DNA of 64,000 bases from Treponema sp. (GCA_018385315.1 JAHAZJ010000022.1:5850-69849); one strand, 5' to 3'. Shown: positions 1 through 9,907, counted from the first letter of the stretch. The notes: a model not told the origin generated them from the sequence alone. Translations and numbers: made by a program.

Positions 1-338
1 TATATATTACAGAAGCTTCCAAGGTAAACCCAGACTTTTCAATTTCATATTATTCTCGAATTTATAATTACACAAAAATTGCCTTAATGAGAACAGAAAA
101 CATTCCAGAGGTTTTTGCATCAACAAAGAGAAAAGTAAAAGCTAATATTAATAGCAGCTTTATGCTGGTAGTTAATTGTGCATCAAGAAAAAACTTATTT
201 GAAAAAGAAGGGCTTACCGGTATTTTTATGAATACTCTTAAAGATATGTCACCTGCTTTTTTTGGAATTTCAGGTTTTGGGGAACAGCTTAATAATATTC
301 ATTTGAATCAAACAATGGTTCTAATAGCTTTTGAGTAA
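1..338 (+). CDS. 3' end of an unidentified gene entering from upstream of the window
   Basis: The frame of the listed 87..338 ORF has no stop codon back to position 3. The listed Met is therefore probably internal. No recognisable motif in the visible ~110 residues. Confidence 0.3.
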   Translation, partial: YITEASKVNPDFSISYYSRIYNYTKIALMRTENIPEVFASTKRKVKANINSSFMLVVNCASRKNLFEKEGLTGIFMNTLKDMSPAFFGISGFGEQLNNIHLNQTMVLIAFE

Positions 339-348
339 GACTTACTGA

Positions 349-1245
349 CTATTTTATATCCTGGATTCTATTTTGTCGTCGTTGTTTTGGTGTAATACCT
401 TTTATCTTCTTGTATGTGCGAATAAAATGACTTGAATCTGTAAAGCCTGTTTCCTGGCTAATATAATCAAGAGTTTTGTTTGTATATAATAGAAGAGTGT
501 CAGCTTTGCAGACTCTAACAAATTCAATGTATTCTTTGCAGGTCTTTCCAAATTGGGCCTTAAATTGTTTTGCAAAGTTTGAATAACACATGCCACACTT
601 GGAAGCAAGCTTTTCAATATTAATGTTTTCTGAAGAATGTTTATCAATATATTCCAGAACAGAAAAATCTTTTGATGAGAATTGGTCAAAGGTGGTTTTT
701 GAAGAAAATTCAAAACCTTGTCTAAGCCAGATTCTGATTAATTCTGTAATAATCAAACTGATTGTTGAGGCAACTTTTATATCATAACCAAACTGACGGT
801 TGTTTGTTTCCCAAATGCAGTTTTCAAAAAAAAGCTTTACAGGATTAAAACGCAAATCTCTTGCAGTAATAAGATTTGATGATAGGGAGGAATTATTTAC
901 ATTTTCAAGTAATTTTGGCAGTTTTGGAGAGCCAGGGGTTGTGTTAGAAAGAATCATATCATCAAATTTGATAACATAAAACTTAGGTTTAGTTGGTTGT
1001 GCTGTTTTTACAGGGTAATCAAGGAAGCTATGAATCTGTTTTGGATGGAATATAATTAAATCACCGGGATTCATTGTATATGTTTTATCTTCTACTTCGG
1101 CGTATAATGTTCCTTCTACCAGATAAACCATTTCTGTAAAATAATGCCAGTGTGGTTTTACAACCATCCAGTCTCCAGCAAAAGCCTGAAATGGTGCATT
1201 CAAGATATCACTATATTCAAATAATTCGTCCATAAAAACTCTCAT
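349..1245 (-). CDS. AraC/XylS-family transcriptional regulator (cupin-like N-domain + double HTH)
   Basis: C-terminal SNFAKQFKAQFGKTCKEYIEFVRV...LDYISQETGFTDSSHFIRTYKKIKGITPKQ is the classic AraC HTH signature. The N-half is cupin-like (KPHWHYFTEMVY, IIFHPKQIHSF). Divergent from the ABC exporter pair. Confidence 0.85.
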   Translation of the reverse strand: MRVFMDELFEYSDILNAPFQAFAGDWMVVKPHWHYFTEMVYLVEGTLYAEVEDKTYTMNPGDLIIFHPKQIHSFLDYPVKTAQPTKPKFYVIKFDDMILSNTTPGSPKLPKLLENVNNSSLSSNLITARDLRFNPVKLFFENCIWETNNRQFGYDIKVASTISLIITELIRIWLRQGFEFSSKTTFDQFSSKDFSVLEYIDKHSSENINIEKLASKCGMCYSNFAKQFKAQFGKTCKEYIEFVRVCKADTLLLYTNKTLDYISQETGFTDSSHFIRTYKKIKGITPKQRRQNRIQDIK

Positions 1246-1330
1246 TAGGTCAGGGCTTCTGTAGAGAAATATACAATTTTGACCTTATTTCTTTATATCA
1301 GATATCTAAATTAAATGCTAGAGTTATAAT

Positions 1331-3055
1331 ATGTTAAAATGGATTTGGTCATATATCCGCAAATACGGATTTTTAATGGGGTTGGGTTTATCTCTTAGTG
1401 TAGTTGTTGCTGCATCGAATATGATAAATCCCTTAATAACAGGTACAATTGTAGATAAAGTAATTCAAGGTGGACAGAAAAACCTTTTACTTACAATGAT
1501 TCTTGTTATGGTGGGTATAACATTTGGCAAAGCTGTAATTCGTTATACGTATCAGGTAATATTTGAACATTGTTCACAAAATGTAATTCGTGAAATGAGA
1601 GAAGATTTGTATGCTCACATTCAGGAATTGGATTTTAAGTGGTATGATAAAGCTCCTTCTGGAAACATTATGACACTTTTAACAAGTGATTTGGATAAAG
1701 TACGTCACTTTGTAGCCTGGGTTTTATATCAGATTTTGGAAAATGTACTTATATACGTTTTTTCAATTATTACGCTTTCATTTATCAGCTGGAAATTAAC
1801 CCTTGCTTTCTTAATTATTGCACCATTTGTAATTTATCTGATTCAGAAATTTAAGGTAAATATAAGACCTGCCCATCTTAAGGTAAGAGATCAGTTTGCT
1901 GTATTGAATACACGGGTTGGTGAAAATATTGAAGGAAACCGTGTTGTAAAAGCTTTTGTTCGTGAAGATTATGAAATTGATCGCTTTACAGAGGATAATG
2001 ATAAATACAGACAGGTTTCGGTTGAAAATGCTGATGTTCGTGTAAAATACACTCCTTGGATTGATGCATTAACTGGTATTCTTCCTGTAATTTTAATTTT
2101 ATTTGGCGGTTACCTTGTAATTAAAAAGGAAATGACTATTGGTCAGCTTGTAACTTTCAACGGATTGATGTGGGCTTTTACACAGCCAATCAGTATGTTT
2201 GGTATGCTTGTTGATAATGTTCAGAATTTTAATGCATCTGGTGACAGGCTTTATGAGCTTCATCTTAATAATCCTGAGGTTTATTCTAAAACGAATGCAG
2301 AAAAAACTATGGATGTAAAAGGTGAAATTGAATTTAGAAATGTTAATTTTGCATATAATGAAGTACCTGTCTTAAAAGATGTAAGCTTTAAAATTGAACC
2401 TGGTATGACTGTTGGTATTCTTGGACCTACAGGAAGTGGTAAAACAACTTTAGCAAATCTTTTGTGTCGTTATTATGATACAACTAGTGGTCAGGTATTA
2501 TTAGACGGAAAAGATATTCGTGATTATGATTTACAATTCCTTAGAAAGAATATTGGAATAACAATGCAGGAAGTCTTTCTTTTTAGTGATACTATTGAAG
2601 GAAATATTGCTTTTGGAAATAATGATGCTTCTTTTGAAGAAATTGAAAAAGCGGCAGAATTGGCTCGTGTAAAAGAGTTTATTGGTGATTTAACTGATGG
2701 TTATGACACTGTAGTTGGGGAACGTGGTGTTGGATTAAGTGGAGGTCAGAAGCAGCGTATTGCATTGGCCAGACTTTTCCTTGCAAATCCAAAGGTTATG
2801 ATTCTTGACGACACAACTAGTGCCGTTGATATTGAAACTGAAGAGAAAATCAGAAATTCCATTAAACAGCAAAGTAAAGGTCATACAACATTTATTATTT
2901 CACATCGTGTTTCTTCATTTGAAAATTGTGATGTTATTCTTGTTCTTCAAAATGGTTCTATTGTGCAGAAAGGTTCTCATAAAGAATTGATTTCCCAAGA
3001 TGGCTATTACAAAGATGTTTGGGCAGAACAGAATGGAGGTGCAAACAATGCGTAA
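1331..3055 (+). CDS. ABC exporter permease/ATPase fusion, subunit 1 of a heterodimer (degenerate catalytic site)
   Basis: N-terminal 6-TM exporter domain. Walker A GPTGSGKTT, signature LSGGQKQR, Walker B MILDD followed by T, so the catalytic Glu is replaced by Asp (ILDDTTS). Confidence 0.9.
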   Translation: MLKWIWSYIRKYGFLMGLGLSLSVVVAASNMINPLITGTIVDKVIQGGQKNLLLTMILVMVGITFGKAVIRYTYQVIFEHCSQNVIREMREDLYAHIQELDFKWYDKAPSGNIMTLLTSDLDKVRHFVAWVLYQILENVLIYVFSIITLSFISWKLTLAFLIIAPFVIYLIQKFKVNIRPAHLKVRDQFAVLNTRVGENIEGNRVVKAFVREDYEIDRFTEDNDKYRQVSVENADVRVKYTPWIDALTGILPVILILFGGYLVIKKEMTIGQLVTFNGLMWAFTQPISMFGMLVDNVQNFNASGDRLYELHLNNPEVYSKTNAEKTMDVKGEIEFRNVNFAYNEVPVLKDVSFKIEPGMTVGILGPTGSGKTTLANLLCRYYDTTSGQVLLDGKDIRDYDLQFLRKNIGITMQEVFLFSDTIEGNIAFGNNDASFEEIEKAAELARVKEFIGDLTDGYDTVVGERGVGLSGGQKQRIALARLFLANPKVMILDDTTSAVDIETEEKIRNSIKQQSKGHTTFIISHRVSSFENCDVILVLQNGSIVQKGSHKELISQDGYYKDVWAEQNGGANNA

Positions 3056-4823
3056 TAAGTTTGATGCTGATGAAGAAATTGAACAGAAAATCAATCCTCA
3101 TATTATTAAACGTCTTTTTGTATGGATAAAGCCTTATCGAGGTAAAATGGTTCTTTCCTGTTTCATTATGCTTTTTGCTTCTGCCATTTCCCTTACAAGT
3201 CCTTACTTAATTAGAATGGCAATTGATAAGGCAATTCCTGGTGAAAATATAAGAATGCTGGTAATTCTTTCTGTTATTCTTTTGCTTTCTACACTTGTAG
3301 TAAGAATTCTTCTTGCTCAGAAATTAAAGATTATGACAAGAGTTGCTCAACAGATTATTGTAAATATTCGTAAAGATGTTTTTACAAAGTTGCAGAATCT
3401 TCCATTTAGTTATTTTGATTCTCGTCCTCATGGTAAAATTCTTATTCGTGTTGTAAACTATGTAAATTCTCTTTCAGATTTACTTAGCAATGGTATTATT
3501 CAGCTTATTAGTGACTTGTTTACCCTTGTAGTTATTATCTGTTTTATGGTTGCAATTGATGTGCGTCTTACATTAGTTTGTATGGCCGTTCTTCCTGTTT
3601 TATTCCTTATTCTTATTTTAATGAAGAAGAAACAGCATGAAGCCTGGAAACAGGAAAGTTATAAACGTTCAAATCTTACAGCATACCTTTCTGAAAGTAT
3701 TAATGGAATTAAGGTAACTCAGTCTTTTGCCCGGGAAAGTGTAAATCAGGGGATTTTTAATGGTCTTTGTGATATCTGTAAAAAGGTTTGGATTAGAGCT
3801 GTAAACATCAACAATATTATCTGGCCGGTTGTAGATAATCTTTCTACTTTTGGTGTTTGTCTTGTTTATATGGCAGGTATAAGCTGGCTAGGAGATGGCA
3901 TGGGGGGAACAGTAACTGTTGGTACTCTTGTAGCCTTTGCCGGTTATATCTGGCGTTTCTGGCAACCTATTCAGAATCTTGGAAACTTCTATAACAGTAT
4001 GGTTACAACAGGAGCCTATGTAGAACGTATTTTTGAGCTTTTGGATGAACCAGAAGATATTACAGATAAACCAGATGCAAAAGAACTTCCTCCAATTAGA
4101 GGTCATGTAACTTTTGATCATGTAAACTTTTCTTACGAGCCTGGAAATCCTATTCTTAAGGATGTTAATTTTAATATTACTCCGGGAACTTCAGTTGCTA
4201 TTGTTGGTCCAACAGGGGCTGGTAAAACTACAATAGTTAATCTTCTTTCTAGATTCTATAACCCAGATGAAGGAAAAGTCTTAATTGATGGTCTTGATAT
4301 TCAGGATTTGAAAATTAAATCAATTCGAAAGCAGGTTGGCGTAATGCTTCAGGATTCCTTCTTGTTTACTGGAACAATTATGGATAATATCCGTTATGGT
4401 AGACTGGATGCTACCGATGAAGAATGCATTGAAGCTGCAAAAACTGTTCATGCTCATGAATTTATTACCGCTTTCCCAGATGGATATAACACAAAGCTTT
4501 CTGCAAATGGTGGTGGTCTTTCTCAGGGACAGAAACAGCTTTTAAGTTTTGCCAGAGTTCTTCTTTCAGACCCCCGCATTCTTATTTTGGATGAAGCAAC
4601 ATCTTCTGTTGATACACAAACAGAAAAACTTGTTCAGGAAGGTCTTGATAAGCTTTTGAAAAACAGAACATCTTTTATTATTGCTCACCGACTTTCAACA
4701 ATTCGCAATTCTGATATTATTTTCTTTGTAAATCACGGGGAAATTGTGGAACGAGGAAATCATAATCAGTTGCTGGAACAAAAGGGTGAATACTATAAGA
4801 TGTGTTCTAAGGTTTCAATGTAA
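3048..4823 (+). CDS. ABC exporter permease/ATPase fusion, subunit 2 of a heterodimer
   Basis: Walker A GPTGAGKTT, non-canonical signature LSQGQKQ, canonical Walker B ILILDEATS. Start moved to ATG 3048 (MRNKF...) because GGAGGTG lies 6 nt upstream and the ATG overlaps the upstream stop by 8 nt (ATGCGTAA). Confidence 0.9.
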   Translation: MRNKFDADEEIEQKINPHIIKRLFVWIKPYRGKMVLSCFIMLFASAISLTSPYLIRMAIDKAIPGENIRMLVILSVILLLSTLVVRILLAQKLKIMTRVAQQIIVNIRKDVFTKLQNLPFSYFDSRPHGKILIRVVNYVNSLSDLLSNGIIQLISDLFTLVVIICFMVAIDVRLTLVCMAVLPVLFLILILMKKKQHEAWKQESYKRSNLTAYLSESINGIKVTQSFARESVNQGIFNGLCDICKKVWIRAVNINNIIWPVVDNLSTFGVCLVYMAGISWLGDGMGGTVTVGTLVAFAGYIWRFWQPIQNLGNFYNSMVTTGAYVERIFELLDEPEDITDKPDAKELPPIRGHVTFDHVNFSYEPGNPILKDVNFNITPGTSVAIVGPTGAGKTTIVNLLSRFYNPDEGKVLIDGLDIQDLKIKSIRKQVGVMLQDSFLFTGTIMDNIRYGRLDATDEECIEAAKTVHAHEFITAFPDGYNTKLSANGGGLSQGQKQLLSFARVLLSDPRILILDEATSSVDTQTEKLVQEGLDKLLKNRTSFIIAHRLSTIRNSDIIFFVNHGEIVERGNHNQLLEQKGEYYKMCSKVSM

Positions 4824-4847
4824 AAAAAAATTATAACGGGACACAAT

Positions 4848-4876
4848 TTGTCACCTCTTATGTGTTATACTATATT
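4848..4876 (+). promoter_or_regulatory. candidate sigma70-type promoter for sbcDC (TTGTCA-17-TATATT)
   Basis: TTGTCA at 4848-4853, 17-nt spacer, TATATT at 4871-4876. The predicted TSS (~4883) lies inside the 3' arm of the hairpin listed below. Confidence 0.35.
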
Positions 4877-4899
4877 AACATATAAGGGGTGTTTTTTTT
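4852..4899 (+). terminator. rho-independent terminator of the ABC operon, abutting the sbcD start codon
   Basis: 16-bp stem (4852-4867 pairs with 4876-4891, two G-U pairs), 8-nt loop, then T8 (4892-4899) ending exactly at ATG 4900. Confidence 0.55.
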
Positions 4900-6006
4900 A
4901 TGAAATTTCTTCATATTGCAGATCTGCATCTTGGAAAAAGATTAAAAGAGTTTTCTTTAATAGAAGATCAAAGGTATATTATAATAAAAATTCTGAATAT
5001 TATTGATGAAATTAAGCCTGACGCTCTTATTATTGCAGGGGATGTGTATGATAAAGCAATTCCTCCAGTTGATGCAGTAAATTTGCTTGATGATTTTTTG
5101 ACCCAGGTTTCAAAAAGAAATGTGCCTGTTTTTATTATCAGTGGAAATCATGATTCCCAGGACAGAATGTCATTTGGAAGCCGCCTTATGATAAAAAGCG
5201 GAATATATTTTTCTCAAAGTTATGAAGGAAAAATTGAGCCAATTGTTTTAAATGATAAATATGGTTCTGTAAATTTCTATCTTCTTCCATTTATAAGACC
5301 TCTTGATAAGTCTTTTACAGAGGGGGTTCGGGCCGCTATAGAAGAAATGCAGGTGGATTCATCCCAAAGAAATGTGCTTGTTGCTCATCAGCTGGTGACT
5401 GGTTCTATTCGCAGTGATTCGGAAGATATTACAATTGGAACTTTAGAAGATGTGGAAACTTCTGTTTTTTCTTCTTTTGATTATGTTGCTTTGGGGCATA
5501 TTCATAAAGAGCAGGCATGTGGTTGTGAAAAAGTCAGATATAGTGGAACTCCATTAAAATATTCCTTTTCAGAGGTAAATCATAAAAAGGGTGTTACTGT
5601 AGTAGAAATGGGGGAAAAGGGAATTTTGTCTGTTACTCAGGAACCCTTAGTTCCCTTGAGAGATTTACATGAATTAAAAGGTTCCTATAGTGAAATTTCA
5701 AATAAGGAATTTTATGAAAATTATAATAAGGAAGATTTTTATAAAATAGTTTTGACAGATGAAGAAGATATTCCTGATGGATTTGGAAAGCTTCAGAAAA
5801 TTTTCCCAAATCTTGTTTTTTTGGATTATGATAACAAACGTACAAAAAAGCTTTCCCAAATTAATGCATTGGAAAATGTAGAAAAAATTCATCCAATGGA
5901 AATTTTTCAGGATTTTTATCAATTGCAGAATAATCAGGATATGTCTAAGGAACAAAAGGATTTTGCCATCAGTCTTATTTCCAGCATTTGGGGAGGTGAA
6001 GAGTAA
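4900..6006 (+). CDS. sbcD: exonuclease SbcD (Mre11-type calcineurin-like phosphoesterase)
   Basis: MKFLHIADLHLGK (DxH), AGDVYD (GDxxD), SGNHD, ALGHIH motifs. Overlaps the sbcC start (ATGA-type junction at 6006). Confidence 0.9.
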   Translation: MKFLHIADLHLGKRLKEFSLIEDQRYIIIKILNIIDEIKPDALIIAGDVYDKAIPPVDAVNLLDDFLTQVSKRNVPVFIISGNHDSQDRMSFGSRLMIKSGIYFSQSYEGKIEPIVLNDKYGSVNFYLLPFIRPLDKSFTEGVRAAIEEMQVDSSQRNVLVAHQLVTGSIRSDSEDITIGTLEDVETSVFSSFDYVALGHIHKEQACGCEKVRYSGTPLKYSFSEVNHKKGVTVVEMGEKGILSVTQEPLVPLRDLHELKGSYSEISNKEFYENYNKEDFYKIVLTDEEDIPDGFGKLQKIFPNLVFLDYDNKRTKKLSQINALENVEKIHPMEIFQDFYQLQNNQDMSKEQKDFAISLISSIWGGEE

Positions 6007-8795
6007 TGAGACCACTAAAGCTTGAATTGTGTTGTTTTGGAACTTATTATAATCATACAATAATCGATTTAGAAAAACTGGGAGAAAATGGTTTGTATCT
6101 TATTACCGGGGATACAGGTTCGGGAAAAACAACAATTTTTGATGCAATTTCTTATGCTCTTTTTGATGAAGCCAGTGGAGAAAATAGAGACGGAAATATG
6201 TTGCGTTCTACAATGGCCTCTTTAGATGATGATACATTCGTTATACTGGAATTTGAACATCTTCATAAAAAATATTTAATAAAACGTTCTCCGGCTTATG
6301 AAAGAAATGTAAAAAAGGGAAGTGGAACCACAGTAACTAGTCCTGCAGCTAGTATAACATCAGATGGAATGAAGCCAATTATTGGAACAACAAGTGTAAA
6401 CAAATTTGTAAGAGAGCTTTTGGGTTTAGATAAATCTCAATTTTCTCAAATTGCAATGATTGCTCAGGGTGATTTTCAGAAAATTCTGTTTCTTGAAACA
6501 AAAGATAGAATTCCTGTTTTTAGAAAACTTTTTAGAACTGAAAAATATAAAAAATTGGAAGAAGAGCTTTCAAATAAAAGTTCAGAAATAAGTAAAAAAA
6601 TCAACGAATTAAAAAATGAATTAAAGGTACATGTTAGTACAATTTGTTGTCCCTCTGATAATGTAAATATTATTAATGTGGAAAAAGCAAAAAACAATCA
6701 ATTGCCTGTTTCTGAAATAATAGAGCTTTTAACAGTTCTAATTTCGGAACAGGAAAATATTGCAAAAAAATTACAAACTGAGGGAAATAAAAATCAAAAA
6801 GAAATTGAAAAAAATACTGCAAATATTACTGCTTTTCTAGAAAAAGAAGCACAACAAAATGAAATAATTCAGAAAGAACAATTGTTGAAGAATGCGGAAA
6901 CTGAAAATATTGAAGCATCCACAAAATTGAAACAGGAAAAAGAGAGACAATCAGAAAAGAAAAACAAAGAAAATGCTCTTGCAATTCTTAAGGAAAAAAT
7001 GGTGCAGTATGATGTGCTTGAAGAAAAGCAGAATGATTTGTCTTTTAAGCATAATTTGTTATCCAATAAAAACCAGATATTTTCAACTAATGAATTGAAG
7101 ATAAAAAAACTTTCTGAAGAAATAGAAAATCTTAAAATAGAACAAAAAAATTATGAAAACTCTGATACTGAACTATTGAAAAAACAGAATTTAATTTCAG
7201 AAAAAGAAAATATAATATCTCAGATAAAAATGTTCTGTAGAAATGTGGAATCATATGAAACTATTAAAAATGATTATGATGTTGCTAAAATACAGTTACA
7301 AAAAATCATAGATGAAGAAAAGGAAAAAACAGAAGCTGAAACTGGAATGAGAATTCTGTTTTTGCAAAATCAGGCTGGAATTATGGCAGAAAATCTGGAA
7401 GAAGGAATGCCTTGCCCAGTTTGTGGTTCTGTGCATCATGAATTAAAAGCACATAAAAGTCCAGACGCACCTACTCAATTAATGGTTGAAGAAGCAGAAA
7501 AAGCTGCTGGAATTGCAAAAAGAAAATCCATCGAATATGCTGAAAAAACTGCCGGTATAAAAGCTGATGTGGAAAATCACAAAAAGAATCTTAAATCATC
7601 ATATGAAAATCTCTTAATAAAAGATAAACCTTTATATGATGAAGAAAAAATACAGGAAATTTGTGGTTTTTTAAAAGGAAAATCCAATGATGAAAATATG
7701 AGTGTTAAAGAATTAAAGTCTCTGATTTCAAATTTAGAAAAGCAGGTGGAAAGAAAAAATATTATAAAAGAGGAACTTCCTGAAAAAGAAAAAAACTATG
7801 AAGAAATCATAAATATTAAAAATCAGTTGTTACAGGAAATTGAAGTTCTAAAAGAACAGGTAAAAAGTATTTCGGATGGTATTAAAGAAATTGGAAGTTC
7901 TTTGGAATATGAAACAAAGCAGCTTGCTGTTGAACAAATAGAAAAGCTTTCTAAAGAAATTGAGGAAATGACAAAGGTCTATGAGCTAACTGAAAAAAGA
8001 GCAAAAGAAACTGCCTCTGCAATAGATGTTCTTTCTGGCCAAATATCTTCGCTGAAAGAGCAGTGCAAAAATTTTTCAGCGGAAGAAAAAGAAAGCCTTG
8101 TGGCAAAAAAACAAGAGTTACTTTTAGAAAAGAAAAAATTGGAAGAAAACATAAATGAAAATCATCATTATCTTGAAACAAATAAAAAGGCTTTAAAATA
8201 TATTACTGAAAAATCCCAGGAAATTATTGAAAAAGAAACAGAATATCAATGGATGAATGCTTTATCTGCAACAGCAAATGGAAATATTGGTTCTGGAAAA
8301 TCTAAAATTCAATTGGAAACATTTGTGCAGATGACATTTCTAGATAAGGTTATTGCTCTTGCAAACAAGCGGCTTGCAATTATGAGCGACGGCCAGTATG
8401 ACCTTATTCGTAAAACAGAAGGAGACAAACAGTCTCAAAGTGGTTTGGATATTAATGTAATTGATCACTACAATGGTGGAGAAAGAAGTGTAAAATCACT
8501 GTCTGGTGGTGAAAGTTTTGAAGCAAGTCTTGCCCTGGCCCTTGGACTTTCAGATGTAATTGCAAATTATGCAGGTGGAATCAAAATAGACACTATGTTT
8601 ATAGATGAAGGTTTTGGTTCTTTGGATACTGATACTTTGCAAAAAGCATTTAAGGCACTTTCTTCTATTACGGAAGGAAACAATAAATTAATAGGAATTA
8701 TTTCTCATGTTGATTTATTAAAAGAAAAGATTAACAAGCAAATTAAAGTAACAAAAAAGACATGTGAGGGAAGTAGTATACAGATTATTTCGTAA
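6006..8795 (+). CDS. sbcC: exonuclease SbcC (Rad50-like ATPase with coiled coil and zinc hook)
   Basis: N-terminal Walker A GDTGSGKTT, long K/E-rich coiled coil, central CPVCGSVHH hook, C-terminal SLSGGESFEASLALALGLS signature and Walker B MFIDEGFGSLD. Confidence 0.9.
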   Translation: MRPLKLELCCFGTYYNHTIIDLEKLGENGLYLITGDTGSGKTTIFDAISYALFDEASGENRDGNMLRSTMASLDDDTFVILEFEHLHKKYLIKRSPAYERNVKKGSGTTVTSPAASITSDGMKPIIGTTSVNKFVRELLGLDKSQFSQIAMIAQGDFQKILFLETKDRIPVFRKLFRTEKYKKLEEELSNKSSEISKKINELKNELKVHVSTICCPSDNVNIINVEKAKNNQLPVSEIIELLTVLISEQENIAKKLQTEGNKNQKEIEKNTANITAFLEKEAQQNEIIQKEQLLKNAETENIEASTKLKQEKERQSEKKNKENALAILKEKMVQYDVLEEKQNDLSFKHNLLSNKNQIFSTNELKIKKLSEEIENLKIEQKNYENSDTELLKKQNLISEKENIISQIKMFCRNVESYETIKNDYDVAKIQLQKIIDEEKEKTEAETGMRILFLQNQAGIMAENLEEGMPCPVCGSVHHELKAHKSPDAPTQLMVEEAEKAAGIAKRKSIEYAEKTAGIKADVENHKKNLKSSYENLLIKDKPLYDEEKIQEICGFLKGKSNDENMSVKELKSLISNLEKQVERKNIIKEELPEKEKNYEEIINIKNQLLQEIEVLKEQVKSISDGIKEIGSSLEYETKQLAVEQIEKLSKEIEEMTKVYELTEKRAKETASAIDVLSGQISSLKEQCKNFSAEEKESLVAKKQELLLEKKKLEENINENHHYLETNKKALKYITEKSQEIIEKETEYQWMNALSATANGNIGSGKSKIQLETFVQMTFLDKVIALANKRLAIMSDGQYDLIRKTEGDKQSQSGLDINVIDHYNGGERSVKSLSGGESFEASLALALGLSDVIANYAGGIKIDTMFIDEGFGSLDTDTLQKAFKALSSITEGNNKLIGIISHVDLLKEKINKQIKVTKKTCEGSSIQIIS

Positions 8796-8815
8796 ATATG
8801 TGATAAAATAGAGAC

Positions 8816-9907
8816 ATGAATTTAAATGATTTAAGAGCCAGAGCTTATTCTTCATTACAGAATCAGAGTATATCTAAAGATGCAGAGGCTCAGCATTTTC
8901 AGAAAACTGTTACAAATGAAAAAGAGTCTGTTTATAGACGTGTTGCAAAATTCTTATTGATTATTGGGGAAGAAGAAGCTGCAAAAGTTCTTCCTCATCT
9001 TTCTGAAAAGCAGATAGAAAAAATTATTCCGGAAATTGCTTCAATTCGTAGTGTTGATAAGGATGAAGCAGAAGTTATTCTCTCTGAATTTAAATGTCTC
9101 TTAAATGAATCCCGCAAAAATGGTGGCATTGATACTGCAAGGGAAATGCTTGAAAAAGCATATGGTAAAGAAAAAGCCCAAAGAATGATTAGTAAGGCTG
9201 TTCCATTAGAAGGTAAGATTCCATTTGATTATTTTAAGGATGCTGATAAAGAAAAAATATATGCCTTAATTAGTGATGAAAGTATAGGTGTAAAAACCAT
9301 TGTTTTATCCCATCTGGAACCAAAAAAAGCTGCCAGCGTTATTAATTTAATGAAAGATGAGGAAAAAAAAGAGGTTGTAGTTCGATTTGCAAAAATGGAA
9401 CCTATTGAACCTGATGTAATACGCAGAATTGATGAAGCAATGCATGAAAAATCTTTGAACTATACATCTGAAAAAGCTGAAAATATTGATGGAAAAAATG
9501 CCCTGGCCCAGATTCTTAAAAAAATGGATGCGGGTGCAGAGAGCGATATACTGAATTATCTTTCTGCAGAAGATCCTGAATTGGGGCAGGATTTACGCAG
9601 CCGTTTATTTACAATTGACGATGTAATTAAATCTGATGATCGTTTTATTCAGCAAACTTTGCGTGAATATGAAGATAAAGATATTTGCTATTTAATTGCA
9701 GGAAAAGATGAAGCCTTTAGGAATAAGATTTTGGATAATGTTTCTCAAAACAGAAAAGTCGAGATTCTTGAACAGGAAGATATACTAAAGCCTTTTAGAA
9801 AACGGGATTGTGAAGCAATTACATCTCATTTTTTTAGTGTTTTACGTCGTGCTTATGAAGAAGGTCATCTTATTATAAAAGATCGGGATGATGATGTTTA
9901 CGTATAA
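8816..9907 (+). CDS. fliG: FliG-like flagellar rotor protein paralogue located outside any flagellar operon
   Basis: Collinear with canonical FliG: KFLLIIGEEEAAKVLPHLSEKQIEKI, GGIDTAREMLEKAYGKEKA, IVLSHLEPKKAASVI, DPELGQDLRSRLFTIDDVIKSDDRFIQQTLRE. The C-terminal helix carries R and ED charges. The EHPQ motif is replaced by DESIGV. Confidence 0.8.
   Translation: MNLNDLRARAYSSLQNQSISKDAEAQHFQKTVTNEKESVYRRVAKFLLIIGEEEAAKVLPHLSEKQIEKIIPEIASIRSVDKDEAEVILSEFKCLLNESRKNGGIDTAREMLEKAYGKEKAQRMISKAVPLEGKIPFDYFKDADKEKIYALISDESIGVKTIVLSHLEPKKAASVINLMKDEEKKEVVVRFAKMEPIEPDVIRRIDEAMHEKSLNYTSEKAENIDGKNALAQILKKMDAGAESDILNYLSAEDPELGQDLRSRLFTIDDVIKSDDRFIQQTLREYEDKDICYLIAGKDEAFRNKILDNVSQNRKVEILEQEDILKPFRKRDCEAITSHFFSVLRRAYEEGHLIIKDRDDDVYV

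Noticed and set aside
402-787. ORFs 402-713 (-) and 590-787 (+) overlapping the AraC gene
   Set aside because: They are alternative frames of a gene with a clear AraC HTH signature.
1325-1330. TATAAT directly abutting the ATG of the first ABC gene, considered as a leaderless promoter
   Set aside because: Zero spacing is incompatible with starting transcription at the ATG. It serves as a reminder that -10-like hexamers occur by chance here.
3000-3047. N-terminal extensions offered by the ORF track: ABC subunit 2 at 3000; also clpB 14537, recA 32758, scpA 34408, rlmI 50557, ispD 58445 and the small ORF at 12990
   Set aside because: In each case a downstream ATG has a proper GGAGG/AGGTG-type SD at 5-9 nt, and the conserved N-terminus of the family begins there. 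The upstream extension overlaps the preceding gene or the SD itself.
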